From: a virus
Taxonomy: Duplodnaviria > Caudoviricetes
Strand: one strand, 5' to 3'
DNA length: 58,581 nucleotides
Virus record (IMG/VR): IMGVR_UViG_3300004807_000026
Span: 1-58,581 of that record
This document shows positions 34,400 through 44,084 of the stretch, one piece after another; the stretch's first letter is position 1, and each line of letters opens with the position of its first letter. The notes below the pieces were generated by a model. The model had not been told where the DNA came from. It saw nothing but the letters and a program-made list of their open reading frames with translations, and did no database searches. The translations under genes and the position numbers were made by a program.

Positions 34400-35794
34400 T
34401 TACAGACCAGTCGAGCTAGTCGAGCAAGGAAGCGGTGCACCATCGAATGGGCAGCGCTTGTAAGCAATCGCGCAGACGTTCTGCGGGCGGATCGGTTGGA
34501 TCGCACGCTGAATCTGATAGATGTGCTGACCGAAATCTCCGTAGAGGTTGCAGTCGTTGTCGCGGAAGTATGTCCACTCCAGTTCGCCCATAGCAAGCTG
34601 AGGAGCGAAACGGAAGGTTCCTTCTCCAACATACTGCTCGGGAACGAGACGCTTGAAAGCCTCGCCAGCGATGACGAAGGCGATCTCGTACGTCCCGGCG
34701 ACCCAAGTAGGATTGCGGCGTTGACCGAAACCGTTGGTGACCGTGGCCTGATAGATCGGGTTGATCACGTCAGGAATACCGGACGTAGGATCAATCGTGT
34801 TGAAGCGCAGAGGCTGCTGATCGATACCGAAGGCGAAGCCGCGGTAGCCCATGAACTGATAACCACTGATGGACTCCTCACCGAGGGTGAAGGATCCGGC
34901 GGTCAAGTACAGGAGGTCTTCCTTGACGTCGGCATCATTGCGGATGTTTTCGATAGCGTCGGCGCTAGCGAGAACTTGGAAGTACTCACCTTCCTTGGTG
35001 GCGAAAGGCTCGGCGAGCATCTCTTCACGCAAGAACGTACCGATGCGGTACAGAGTCTTGAAGTTCAGGGCACTGTCAGGATAGACACCATTGCTGGCAG
35101 TCTGGAACAGTGTGTTGATCTGCTGCATGTCCCCGGTGAGGTTCGTGGTGAACGACTGAGTGCTGTTCACGACGTACTTGATACCGGACTGGACAAGGTA
35201 TTGATACCGGATGTCAGCGTTGATCAGTTGGAGGATGGTCTTCTCAAGAGAGACCTGAGCCTGAAGGTAGCTGCCCTTGAATGCGGCGCGAGCTTGCTTA
35301 ACGCAAACACGCGGGCCTGCACCACGCAGGGTAGCAAGTTGGAACTGGTACTCGGTCGAACCTACGACGTCAGGAGTAGCACCAACACCGCAGAGGTTAA
35401 GATCTGCGACGAAGTTTGGCGCTGCAAGTGAAGCGTTAGGCACTGCCATTTCCTCAACGACCGAACGGACAACGTCGGAAACATTGGGGATCGTTCCACC
35501 ATCAATCGAGTTGATGTAGGGGCTCTTGCGGGCAAGAACCTTGGCGATCTGACCGATGATACGGTTGACGTCCTTGGAAGCGAAGTTTTGGACAGTAGCG
35601 AGAGGGATACAGTTGCTGCTGGAACCGCTGAAGTTTCCGTTACCGGAGACAAGAGAGGTTGGGCCAGAGGCAACGGATCCTGCTGCTGCAAGACCTGCGC
35701 TAGTTTGGTCGTAGGATCCGGGTTGAGTACCGGAAGCGTACGTGGTTGTGCCCGTAGGATACGCTGGGCCAGCAAATGGATTGGTATAGGCCAT
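34400..35794 (-). CDS. major capsid protein
   Basis: 464 aa; own promoter and downstream hairpin; strong C-ending codon bias; position after scaffold. Confidence 0.75.
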   Translation of the reverse strand: MAYTNPFAGPAYPTGTTTYASGTQPGSYDQTSAGLAAAGSVASGPTSLVSGNGNFSGSSSNCIPLATVQNFASKDVNRIIGQIAKVLARKSPYINSIDGGTIPNVSDVVRSVVEEMAVPNASLAAPNFVADLNLCGVGATPDVVGSTEYQFQLATLRGAGPRVCVKQARAAFKGSYLQAQVSLEKTILQLINADIRYQYLVQSGIKYVVNSTQSFTTNLTGDMQQINTLFQTASNGVYPDSALNFKTLYRIGTFLREEMLAEPFATKEGEYFQVLASADAIENIRNDADVKEDLLYLTAGSFTLGEESISGYQFMGYRGFAFGIDQQPLRFNTIDPTSGIPDVINPIYQATVTNGFGQRRNPTWVAGTYEIAFVIAGEAFKRLVPEQYVGEGTFRFAPQLAMGELEWTYFRDNDCNLYGDFGQHIYQIQRAIQPIRPQNVCAIAYKRCPFDGAPLPCSTSSTGL

Positions 35795-35823
35795 AATTTT
35801 GAGTTTGTTTCCCTGTCCTCACC

Positions 35824-36006
35824 GCTCGGTGGTTTTGGTTATGAGCGACGATGCCAAGGAGTAGACGGCATCCGGTTTCCCGGAAACGGTCTGAGTTGGT
35901 TTAGATTCTTTCGTCGCTCCCGGCACGCTGGAGCAATGGTTGCGGCCTGATCAGTGAATCTTTTGGCTTCCACCGAGCCACCTTCATACGGAGAAGGCAC
36001 ACCGAG
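35824..36006 (-). ncRNA. structured 5' leader of the capsid mRNA
   Basis: multiple hairpins (UCCGG-GAAA-CCGGA, GAUGCC/GGCAUC, CCUUC/GAAGG, AGAUUC/GAAUCU) and long-range CUCGGUG/CACCGAG pairing. Confidence 0.55.
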
Positions 36007-36015
36007 TTATTTGCA

Positions 36016-36044
36016 CTATTACGAAAAACGTAAGACGACGTCAA
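36016..36044 (-). promoter_or_regulatory. late-type promoter with GTCTTAC spacer motif
   Basis: TTGACG-tcGTCTTAC...-TAATAG (17-nt spacer). Confidence 0.6.
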
Positions 36045-36054
36045 CTATTTTTTT

Positions 36055-36705
36055 TTAATCAATCAATTTTAAGTGTATCTTGTTGTGTGGAAAATTTTTT
36101 CCGTGAAATCCAAAAGATGATTTTGGATCTTTAGTTGAAGAGATATCATTTAGAATAGACTCAACAGAAAATCTTGCCGCTACTTCTATCGAAGGAAATA
36201 CAATCCCTAAATTTACAAGAGTTTTTCGGTAATCGCTACATATGACTCTATCTTCCGGGGTCAATAAAGGATCTTCATTAAATGCATCCATTGGTATGAC
36301 TTTTGGAATTAATTCACACAACCGTTTGCTGCGAAGACTAAACCCACCGTTTCCAACCCGATAGTACCCATCAGGCCACGGTGCCCCAATGTAATCATAT
36401 TCAAGGAAAGAATGTTCCCACTTGTCAGGGTTAACTACAAACCCATCTGGATGAATCATTAAACAATGTGAAGTATCAAAGTACTTATGCAAATGGAATA
36501 CATGAAATTTATTAAAATCAGAAAAACTACCCAACAGATTACCCACATTCACGGTTTGAATGCCGGGATACTCAAAATCAAATGGAGATAATACAATGCA
36601 ACTGTTAAAAATAATTTTTTTGGCGCTATACTCGATAGCTTTACACGACTGTATCGGATCTAATCGATTGACCGAAATTGCGGTTACCCCCGAAAGATCT
36701 AACAT
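36055..36705 (-). CDS. DUF5672 family GT-A-like protein
   Basis: HCLMIHPDGFVVNPDKW...EYDYIGAPW...VGNGGFSLRSK...PED...FGFHG. Confidence 0.85.
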   Translation of the reverse strand: MLDLSGVTAISVNRLDPIQSCKAIEYSAKKIIFNSCIVLSPFDFEYPGIQTVNVGNLLGSFSDFNKFHVFHLHKYFDTSHCLMIHPDGFVVNPDKWEHSFLEYDYIGAPWPDGYYRVGNGGFSLRSKRLCELIPKVIPMDAFNEDPLLTPEDRVICSDYRKTLVNLGIVFPSIEVAARFSVESILNDISSTKDPKSSFGFHGKNFPHNKIHLKLID

Positions 36706-36710
36706 TTTTT

Positions 36711-37280
36711 TTATTTTTCAAAAATTCTTACATTGGGATTCAAATGATTTCCGATGGAAAAACCTTTTATCACCATAAGTTGATCCAGACCCGCATGACT
36801 AAAGATAGTCGAATGCCCAATCTCTGGATTTAAGTACCCGTGTCCTAGCTCAACCCAATTTGAAAAAGAAGTTTCAACAAACAAAACCCCCCTCGGATTG
36901 AGTAATGAAAAAATCTCGTCCAACTCACTATAGGGTTCACACGTATGTTCAATGACCTCAATCATTGTGACCACGTCAAACTTCTCACTAGGTAGTGTCT
37001 TATACTTTTCACTGAATGGGTCGTACCCGCTGGCAGGTATGCCCCGGGCGCAAAGGTAATCAACAAAATCTCCGCGACCGCACCCGTAGTCGAGCACTGT
37101 CCGGTTGCCTATGTAGTCAGCACGTCCACTGTGATTATCTTCCCTATTACCAGTGCCCCCGACCATATTTGATTGATCAAGGCACCCAGTAAATAATGAA
37201 CCTGTAGCGTCTACGTAATACGGAATACCCGCCACTTCGCAGGACACGTCCATTTTTTCTCCGGTAATAAAAGATCTCAT
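36711..37280 (-). CDS. class I SAM-dependent methyltransferase
   Basis: VLDYGCGRG, GYDPF, FDVVTMIEVIEH, LLNPRG. Confidence 0.9.
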   Translation of the reverse strand: MRSFITGEKMDVSCEVAGIPYYVDATGSLFTGCLDQSNMVGGTGNREDNHSGRADYIGNRTVLDYGCGRGDFVDYLCARGIPASGYDPFSEKYKTLPSEKFDVVTMIEVIEHTCEPYSELDEIFSLLNPRGVLFVETSFSNWVELGHGYLNPEIGHSTIFSHAGLDQLMVIKGFSIGNHLNPNVRIFEK

Positions 37281-37996
37281 AGGTCTAAATTACCGTTACT
37301 GCAGTACACTGCTCTATCGTAAGGCACGATACTATTTTTTAATGTATCGTGCGTCTCTTGAATCAAAGGTTTCATCAGTGCCGCGGCTATCCAGAACGAA
37401 CTAGACTGATTACCAACAAAGAAATCGGATCCTTCAATTGCTTCTGCAACTTGTAAACAAGATGGTGTCTTATAATACTCTACATTTCCAACTACCTCGC
37501 AAAAATCTTTGTGCTCATCCTCTGTCCCGGTAAACAATGCTCGGTCTCCAAAATGCTTTAGAACTTTTTTCCAAGGAAATTTTTCATTCCTGTACCTGTG
37601 GGATCTATTAAAAATTATTCGTCCTTTAGTTGCAGGATCCGCGTTAACTCGTATCCAAGGCTCTTGAATGTTCATGTGCCCATTTCTACGATCTACTAAG
37701 TTCACGTATCTAGCTTGTGAATCCATCAAAGAAATGTCGTCCCGGTAGCACTCTCTCCATCCTGTCATGTCAAAATCGATACTTCCGTAAGAACTAAAAC
37801 CCGTTTCGATACCTTGACTCAAAAGTAAAGGTTTCAAAGAATCGTACTTAAACCCAGACATAGGCAACATACCGGGATCATCGCGGATAATTAACGAAGT
37901 ACCACCTAGCTTTCTATAGATAGGCAAGAAAGCTATGATGTCACCTATGTGTCCGGTGTGGACAAAGGTTGTTCGCTTACGGAATGGGTCGTTCAT
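37277..37996 (-). CDS. GT9 (heptosyltransferase)-like glycosyltransferase
   Basis: HTGHIGDII; AEAIEGSDFFVGNQSS. Confidence 0.7.
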   Translation of the reverse strand: MNDPFRKRTTFVHTGHIGDIIAFLPIYRKLGGTSLIIRDDPGMLPMSGFKYDSLKPLLLSQGIETGFSSYGSIDFDMTGWRECYRDDISLMDSQARYVNLVDRRNGHMNIQEPWIRVNADPATKGRIIFNRSHRYRNEKFPWKKVLKHFGDRALFTGTEDEHKDFCEVVGNVEYYKTPSCLQVAEAIEGSDFFVGNQSSSFWIAAALMKPLIQETHDTLKNSIVPYDRAVYCSNGNLDL

Positions 37997-38549
37997 TAGT
38001 TAGAGATTCACGCATCTGATCGACGCGGGTTCCATCAGCATTCCGCTTAGCGTGGAACAATTTTGATTTTATGCCTGCAAGTGAGTTGTTAGTATTTTGT
38101 AATACATCGCTTTCTACAGGGTAATCGGGGTTATATGGGGGAAGTTCTAGGAACTTCTTAATCATATATCCCAGATGATCTTTCGACGCGTAGAACAAAT
38201 AGCAAGGCTCGCCGACAATCAAGTGTGGCCCGTCTTTCTCCATAGCTTCAGCCTCGTTCTTACTGAATCCGAGATTCGCAACGTCGTAGTCGCTCATCCA
38301 TCCGCCCCCGGCAGCGTGCAACGCACACCAACGGACGTACCGGGCAGCACGTGCTCCCTTGATGTTCATCTGAATCAAATGCCACATCAACTTGGTCAGC
38401 AGCGGACTAATCGTTGCGTGACTCTTGTTCAGCATCGTACACGTCCAACCATTTGCCTCCCATGACGCTTTCCAATGATTGGCACAACCAAACTCATCCC
38501 CTTGATTGCTACCGGGGATCGACTCGTAGTAGGCAAAGATCTGCTTCAT
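37977..38549 (-). CDS. DxD glycosyltransferase (GT32/Gly_transf_sug-like)
   Basis: WKASW...GW, RWCALHAAGGGWMSDYDV. Confidence 0.7.
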   Translation of the reverse strand: MKQIFAYYESIPGSNQGDEFGCANHWKASWEANGWTCTMLNKSHATISPLLTKLMWHLIQMNIKGARAARYVRWCALHAAGGGWMSDYDVANLGFSKNEAEAMEKDGPHLIVGEPCYLFYASKDHLGYMIKKFLELPPYNPDYPVESDVLQNTNNSLAGIKSKLFHAKRNADGTRVDQMRESLTNERPIP

Positions 38550-38550
38550 C

Positions 38551-39612
38551 CTAGTACGTCTTGAATCCTACGTGAAAGACTGGCAACCCAAGATCCACGT
38601 GTGGTTGGTGCCCGGCTTGCTTTGCTCTGAGACAGAATGACACATCTTCTCCGCGGGCACTATCGAATGGTCTGAAGTAGTCGTACGTGTAGTCGGGAAC
38701 GTCAATCTCCAACGAATCCTTGAACGTCTCCCGGATGTCTTCAAATACCTTGCGGTGAATGAGCATGCAGCCAGTGCCTACCCAATCCACGGGAACTACT
38801 GCGTCCTCGTACGCCTTTGCCCGGGGAGCAAGTTTGGGATCCGCGCACATGATAGCGCCTCCCTCCTGCCTTCCAAAGTAAGCGGCACCAACAATCGTCT
38901 TGTTTGCTCCGATCAACCTATGGAGGACGTGCCTCTGCAATGGTTGATCGAGGATTGTACGTGCCCCGGCTACCCAGTACCGGAACCATGCGGGTCTACC
39001 GATGGACGGTATGATGTCGTCATCCATCATCAGTAACCACTTGGCGTCGGTCTCCAAGAACTTGTGTGTAAGACGATTGCGAGAGTGCTCGATCTTTGCG
39101 TCGCCAATCGACATGTCGAACCGGATCTTGTCCCGGCCAAAGTCCAGTGCCATCGCTACGTTCACAGCAGCCGTCACCGGGTTACTCGACTTGTACCAAG
39201 GCCACCCAACAAAAATATCTCGTCCTTCAAACTCACACCTGTACGAGGGCAATCCCTCAGTGCTGCGAGTCTCGACTACGGGATTGTGAAAGTCAGGTTC
39301 ACTTTGGATCGGCTCTTTTGTGAACTCCACTTTAATTTCCTCGCTAGCCTTGGTTGCCCTTGGCTTTCGCGGCTTGATCGTTACCTTCGGCTGCTCAACG
39401 GGCTCAGGAGCTACGACTGGCGCTTCTTCGACCGCGGGCTCGATGACTTGCGGGGAGACAACAGATACCGGAGCAACGTCACCGTAACGGTTCTTAGGAG
39501 CGACGGGCTTGCCTCCCTGCAACATTGGCAGAGGTTTGCTTGCGAACGGATTCGGCGATGCGAGCGCGTCGGTTGTGACTCGCTCCATCCTTGCGATGAG
39601 AGATTCAGCCAT
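38551..39612 (-). CDS. GT2/GT-A glycosyltransferase with disordered N-terminal extension
   Basis: SRNRL..KFL...WLLMMDDD, VGTGCMLIHRKVF, GEDVSFC..A...G, HVG. Confidence 0.8.
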   Translation of the reverse strand: MAESLIARMERVTTDALASPNPFASKPLPMLQGGKPVAPKNRYGDVAPVSVVSPQVIEPAVEEAPVVAPEPVEQPKVTIKPRKPRATKASEEIKVEFTKEPIQSEPDFHNPVVETRSTEGLPSYRCEFEGRDIFVGWPWYKSSNPVTAAVNVAMALDFGRDKIRFDMSIGDAKIEHSRNRLTHKFLETDAKWLLMMDDDIIPSIGRPAWFRYWVAGARTILDQPLQRHVLHRLIGANKTIVGAAYFGRQEGGAIMCADPKLAPRAKAYEDAVVPVDWVGTGCMLIHRKVFEDIRETFKDSLEIDVPDYTYDYFRPFDSARGEDVSFCLRAKQAGHQPHVDLGLPVFHVGFKTY

Positions 39613-39615
39613 AAA

Positions 39616-40935
39616 TTATTGCCCAGCTTCATCAAGACCAAAGTCAATCGCGTCGGAGGTAGACATCTTGAGTCTGTCCGCCATCGACGTGGATTTCCGC
39701 GAACTCTCAGGAGTCGGGTTTGCCTTCGGGATCCTCCCCGCGTTCTTTAGACTATTGTTCTCAGCCTGCAATCGCTTCAGCTCAGCCTGCATCTTGGAGA
39801 TGGAACTCTGTTCCAGTCTCAGTTGCTCGGACAGGACGTGACTAGCAACCGCGGCAGCAGCAACCTCAGACCTCTCCTGTGGCGTCGTCGGCCACAGTGC
39901 CGCGTTGAATCGCTTCGACAGTTCGGTGACTGCAGCGTTGTGCTTCTGAATCTCGGCACGTTCCTCGGGACTTGACGTCGGCTTTATCTCCCGGAAGTTT
40001 GCCCAAGGAATGTCCTTGATGATCTGATTGGTGTGCTCCTGAATGATCTTGTTCTGCTCGTAGAACTGCTCGACCTTCTGAGTCTCACGCTGACGCAAGA
40101 ACTCCTCTCGCTTCTCGGCAGTATCTCCAATCTCCTTTTGGCGTCCCTCCTTGAGGTCGATGACATCCACAAGAGACTTCTTGAGCCTTTCGGAATCGGT
40201 AAGGTCTAGTTTGTCTAGTGCTTGGGTCTTCCACCACTGCTGACTGATCTTGTCCGGGCCTCCTGCCTTCTCAATAGAACTGATGACGTCGTCAGACGCG
40301 CCGTTCTTCTTGAGTATATTGTAAATGTTCTCCTTGGCGGATTGGATGGGCAAGTCGTACTTGCTCTTGAAGTCAGGGTCATTTTCAGTATCAAATATAG
40401 CGCGGAACTTCTTTAGCTCCTCGTAATCGGGAGGTGTCTGCGTGGGAGTTTGTTCGACCTGAGACAACTTCTGACGAAGCTCCTCTGCCTCCAGTGCCTG
40501 TTTCTTGTACTGAGTAGCCGTCTCCTGCAACTTTTTCCAGTTGCTCTGGTTAGCCTCGGACAGATTCCTTGGCTGCTCAATGGCAGCAATTTCAGGATCA
40601 ATCTCTGGCTCCGCTGTAACGTCTGGCGTTATAGCTGCAACCTCTGGCTCAGGCTCAGGCGGAAGGTTACGCTCAAACTGACCGGGGTTCCCGGTAATCT
40701 CGTCAAAGATAGGATCCGAGGTGTCTCCACCCTTGTCATCCGGTTCACGCGGTGTCTCAGGGATTTGCGGAGGCTCGCCAGCGTAGATCTTCGTTGTGTT
40801 CGCCTCAGCCTCATCGAGCATCTTGTCGAGGAAGTCTAAGGTGTTATTGTCAACGCGGTCGGCGTCGAGTGAAGGAGCCCCCATGCGACCACTGGCTGCT
40901 GTTGACTCCGGTACTATGTTGTCGTTGTCTTCCAT
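39616..40935 (-). CDS. capsid scaffolding protein (putative)
   Basis: 439 aa, acidic disordered N-terminus, coiled coils, between portal and capsid. Confidence 0.65.
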   Translation of the reverse strand: MEDNDNIVPESTAASGRMGAPSLDADRVDNNTLDFLDKMLDEAEANTTKIYAGEPPQIPETPREPDDKGGDTSDPIFDEITGNPGQFERNLPPEPEPEVAAITPDVTAEPEIDPEIAAIEQPRNLSEANQSNWKKLQETATQYKKQALEAEELRQKLSQVEQTPTQTPPDYEELKKFRAIFDTENDPDFKSKYDLPIQSAKENIYNILKKNGASDDVISSIEKAGGPDKISQQWWKTQALDKLDLTDSERLKKSLVDVIDLKEGRQKEIGDTAEKREEFLRQRETQKVEQFYEQNKIIQEHTNQIIKDIPWANFREIKPTSSPEERAEIQKHNAAVTELSKRFNAALWPTTPQERSEVAAAAVASHVLSEQLRLEQSSISKMQAELKRLQAENNSLKNAGRIPKANPTPESSRKSTSMADRLKMSTSDAIDFGLDEAGQ

Positions 40936-40938
40936 AAA

Positions 40939-41187
40939 TTACATTGCGGTAAAACCGCTGGACGATGCGTCGTCCTGCTTGCGTTCAACAATTGAGAGTT
41001 GTTTCAGCGTCTCGATTGCCTTCAAATATCCTTCCTTGAAAGCACCGCTCAGTGCGATGCCGTCAACCGTTGACTTCTCGGTAATCGTAATCACCGGAGC
41101 CGTTGAATCCATGTGTGCAAATAAATTTGCCCTATGTTTTAACAGGTAGTCCCTGAATGCCACCGCGTCAGATTGTTCCCAAGACAT
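40939..41187 (-). CDS. hypothetical protein
   Basis: 82 aa between portal and scaffold. Confidence 0.55.
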   Translation of the reverse strand: MSWEQSDAVAFRDYLLKHRANLFAHMDSTAPVITITEKSTVDGIALSGAFKEGYLKAIETLKQLSIVERKQDDASSSGFTAM

Positions 41188-41190
41188 AAT

Positions 41191-41673
41191 TTATTTTTGT
41201 TCTGCGTTTCTAATTCCCCGTTCGATCTCGTTTTCTTTCCTACCTGTCGTAATCACATCACGACCGTAGAAATTGGGTGTTGCTCTGAAACCGGGATTCG
41301 GTGCTGGAATTTCATTAGGTTGTGCCCAGACACTCTTGCCCTCAGCGATACGGTGTTTTGCAAAATCAACTGCCTTCGCCCGGATCTCATTCATCAACTT
41401 GGGGTTTTGACGATCCTGCTGATCAATAGGAATTGTCTGCAGGTACGTCTGCTCATTCAACGTAGTCGTTGGGATAATCTTGGGGATATCCATCTCCTTC
41501 CCGGTCACGTCTTCAGTTCCAAAAGACTGCTCGCCAGTAACTGCGAACCTTGGGTTTGGCGTAAGATCGGGAAGCAATCCCTTGTACCCAAGTGACTTCA
41601 TTGACCCATCCGCCCGGTAGGACGTTGGGTTGTTGGGATCTAAAGCGATAGGATTAGGATTGGCTCCGCCCAT
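41191..41673 (-). CDS. hypothetical protein
   Basis: 160 aa; RADGSMKSLGYKG...IP.I.PT...AVDFAKHRIAEGKS. Confidence 0.6.
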   Translation of the reverse strand: MGGANPNPIALDPNNPTSYRADGSMKSLGYKGLLPDLTPNPRFAVTGEQSFGTEDVTGKEMDIPKIIPTTTLNEQTYLQTIPIDQQDRQNPKLMNEIRAKAVDFAKHRIAEGKSVWAQPNEIPAPNPGFRATPNFYGRDVITTGRKENEIERGIRNAEQK

Positions 41674-41674
41674 A

Positions 41675-44080
41675 TTATTCTGCAGTTGCTGGTCGTGGAG
41701 GTGTAGCTACGTTCTGAACGTGTCCCGCTTGTGAAGGAATATTCATCGACATATCTTCCATCGGTGCTGCCTGTGGCTTGCTTGCCCTAGCATGATGCCC
41801 CCCGCCATGATGCGCTGCAGCAGGGACAACCTGTGGCATTGGTACCTTGGCGTGGCCTTGCGTAAGGTGACTGACAGCTTCCTGCAGTCCCTTCTTGAAC
41901 GGTGCCAGTTGCTGCTTCTTTGCGCCCTTCTGCTCGGCCTGCTGCAAGTGACCTTGGAAGTGCTGCAGTGCTTTTGTGAACGGTGCGACCATCTCGGGAG
42001 TCAATCCTCCGGGAGGAGCGTTTTGGATCACTGGGAACAACTTCTGAGCCATCGTCTGAATGTGAACCATGTCGTTATCCCTTGGGGAGATAGGTACTTC
42101 CTGACCCGCCAAGATGCTCTGGAGTTCCACAATCTGCTGACGTGTCGCCTCAATTGCCAGTGCCTCGACCTGATCCTTCGGAAGGATGAGTGCGTTAGCC
42201 TTAGCCTCACCTACCTTGTACGAGAGATCCATCTTCAGCATCTCGTCTTGATTCACGTTCGGGTTGCCCGAGTACCGCTGAACCACAAGATCAAACAATT
42301 GCTGATCGTTAGCCGTCGTATCCGGAAGCAACTCGCTTGCGGGACTATAAGCCATAAGGAGAATATCAGAAGGAGGTACATTCCTTTCCAGCATCTGAAG
42401 ACACGCATGGATAGCGTCTTCATCCAAGTGCTCGTGAACCTCAAAGGGAACCAAGAACTTAGGAAGATCCATGCCGCTACGGTCAAAGGCATCCACTACC
42501 TCGCGACGTGCCCAGATAGCCGAAGGCTCAACACTGCGAACCTGATCCAGCATGCCCTTCAAATCTGCTGCAGCCTTCACGTGCTCAGGGTGACAAATGC
42601 CTCGTTGCATCCGCTCAACACCCCTCGTGTACTGCTTGCTCCAGCGCATCAGGATACCCTGACGTAGTTGATTCTCAATCGCTGCGACCCTGTTAACTTC
42701 TGAAGCAGTCTGTCTCTGACCCTGCTTCTCTGTCACCGCACCGGGTAGAAACGTGCCAACCTGAATCTCAGCTAGACCACTTACGAACTGATCCAACTTC
42801 AGGAAGTCATCCACGTCCGCAGGCATCTGCTGCGGGATCACCTCGTAGCCTTCGGCAACGTAAGCAATAGGATGCATCACCGAAAGAGGTGCCGTATCAG
42901 GACGTGCATTTGGCCCGCGCTTCATTAGCAGCAGACCTTTAAGATACGTGTTGTCGATGACCAAGTTACGCGCCTTCTCAATGGCAACGTGTGTGTTGTA
43001 CAGATCTCGCCCGGCTCCGCGGCTTGACATCAGATTGCCAGCGCCAACCTCGACCGAGAACAAGGCAATTGCCTCGCTCATGTGATTGTAACGATCAAGC
43101 TGAGTACAGATCTCGTCGCCCGACTTGTCGTCAAACAAATACCGGGAGATCTTACCATGAGGCTCCCGAACTAAAATCTCCCCGAGCTCGACGTACTTGG
43201 CGTCGTTCTCATAGCTTGCTCCGTAGCTACCTTCCCGGATCCAGTCTTCGTACCTACGAGCATCGTCGTCGGCGTCCAATGTCCTGCCAGCAGGGATAGC
43301 AGCGTTGATGGAACGAACCAAGTTGTTGATGTGCCACCCAGCCAGTGCCGACATCTCGGGCTTCTCTAAGACAGGCAAGAGTTCGTAAATTTGATACCTA
43401 CGCTTGCGTCCCACAATAGGTGTTGCGTCTGTGTCCTGCGGCGTTTCGATACTGAAGAACGTGTAATCCTGACGCATGAACTCTGGCTTCCAGTCGCGAA
43501 GATCGTCCCACACCCATCCACAGAATCCAAAGCATGTATTCTCGTGAGTCGTTTGAGCTAGAAGATCATCGTGACCTTTCCATCCGCGGATACACTTTGT
43601 GATCTCTTCCCGGAATACCTTTGTCTTGTTCTCCGAGTCCGCTGACTCCAAGGGATACTTTGAAAAGGTAAGCGTCGGTGAATTCTCAATCACCTCGCGG
43701 AACGGAGGCTGAATCCTTGATACCATCGTCGAGAGGAACCCGGTAGGACGATTGCTCCTCCAATTCTGACCCATCGACTCCAACTTCTTCATGGAGTACG
43801 GGGGTTCGTTGTTCAGCTTCTTCTGGATGAGTTGATTCTTGCGATTCCTTTCCACGTTCTGCTGCTTCAACCTGCGGTAAGCACTGTGCGCTTGACGCGC
43901 ATCCTTGAACGTCCTGCGGACTTGAAGCGTGCGAGGATTGACCGTGTCGTTGGACGAATCGTCGGCACTGACAACGTCGAGATCTAAAATGCGAGGCTTG
44001 CTGTGCGGGTCAACAATTCTCGGTGCATGATCCGCGAAGCGATCAGTTACTTTTGGGTCTAGTGGATCGAAGTCGGCCAT
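41675..44080 (-). CDS. portal protein
   Basis: 801 aa after TerL; RQTASEV motif typical of podoviral portals; Gln/Pro-rich C-terminus. Confidence 0.75.
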   Translation of the reverse strand: MADFDPLDPKVTDRFADHAPRIVDPHSKPRILDLDVVSADDSSNDTVNPRTLQVRRTFKDARQAHSAYRRLKQQNVERNRKNQLIQKKLNNEPPYSMKKLESMGQNWRSNRPTGFLSTMVSRIQPPFREVIENSPTLTFSKYPLESADSENKTKVFREEITKCIRGWKGHDDLLAQTTHENTCFGFCGWVWDDLRDWKPEFMRQDYTFFSIETPQDTDATPIVGRKRRYQIYELLPVLEKPEMSALAGWHINNLVRSINAAIPAGRTLDADDDARRYEDWIREGSYGASYENDAKYVELGEILVREPHGKISRYLFDDKSGDEICTQLDRYNHMSEAIALFSVEVGAGNLMSSRGAGRDLYNTHVAIEKARNLVIDNTYLKGLLLMKRGPNARPDTAPLSVMHPIAYVAEGYEVIPQQMPADVDDFLKLDQFVSGLAEIQVGTFLPGAVTEKQGQRQTASEVNRVAAIENQLRQGILMRWSKQYTRGVERMQRGICHPEHVKAAADLKGMLDQVRSVEPSAIWARREVVDAFDRSGMDLPKFLVPFEVHEHLDEDAIHACLQMLERNVPPSDILLMAYSPASELLPDTTANDQQLFDLVVQRYSGNPNVNQDEMLKMDLSYKVGEAKANALILPKDQVEALAIEATRQQIVELQSILAGQEVPISPRDNDMVHIQTMAQKLFPVIQNAPPGGLTPEMVAPFTKALQHFQGHLQQAEQKGAKKQQLAPFKKGLQEAVSHLTQGHAKVPMPQVVPAAAHHGGGHHARASKPQAAPMEDMSMNIPSQAGHVQNVATPPRPATAE

Positions 44081-44084
44081 GTGC

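Noticed and set aside
34385-35431. 348-aa plus-strand ORF
   Set aside because: Antisense shadow of the codon-biased capsid gene; no motifs.
35900-35962. Hammerhead-like CUGAUCA...CGAAA in the capsid leader
   Set aside because: Core is CUGAUCA rather than CUGAnGA, and there is no stem I or properly placed NUH cleavage triplet.
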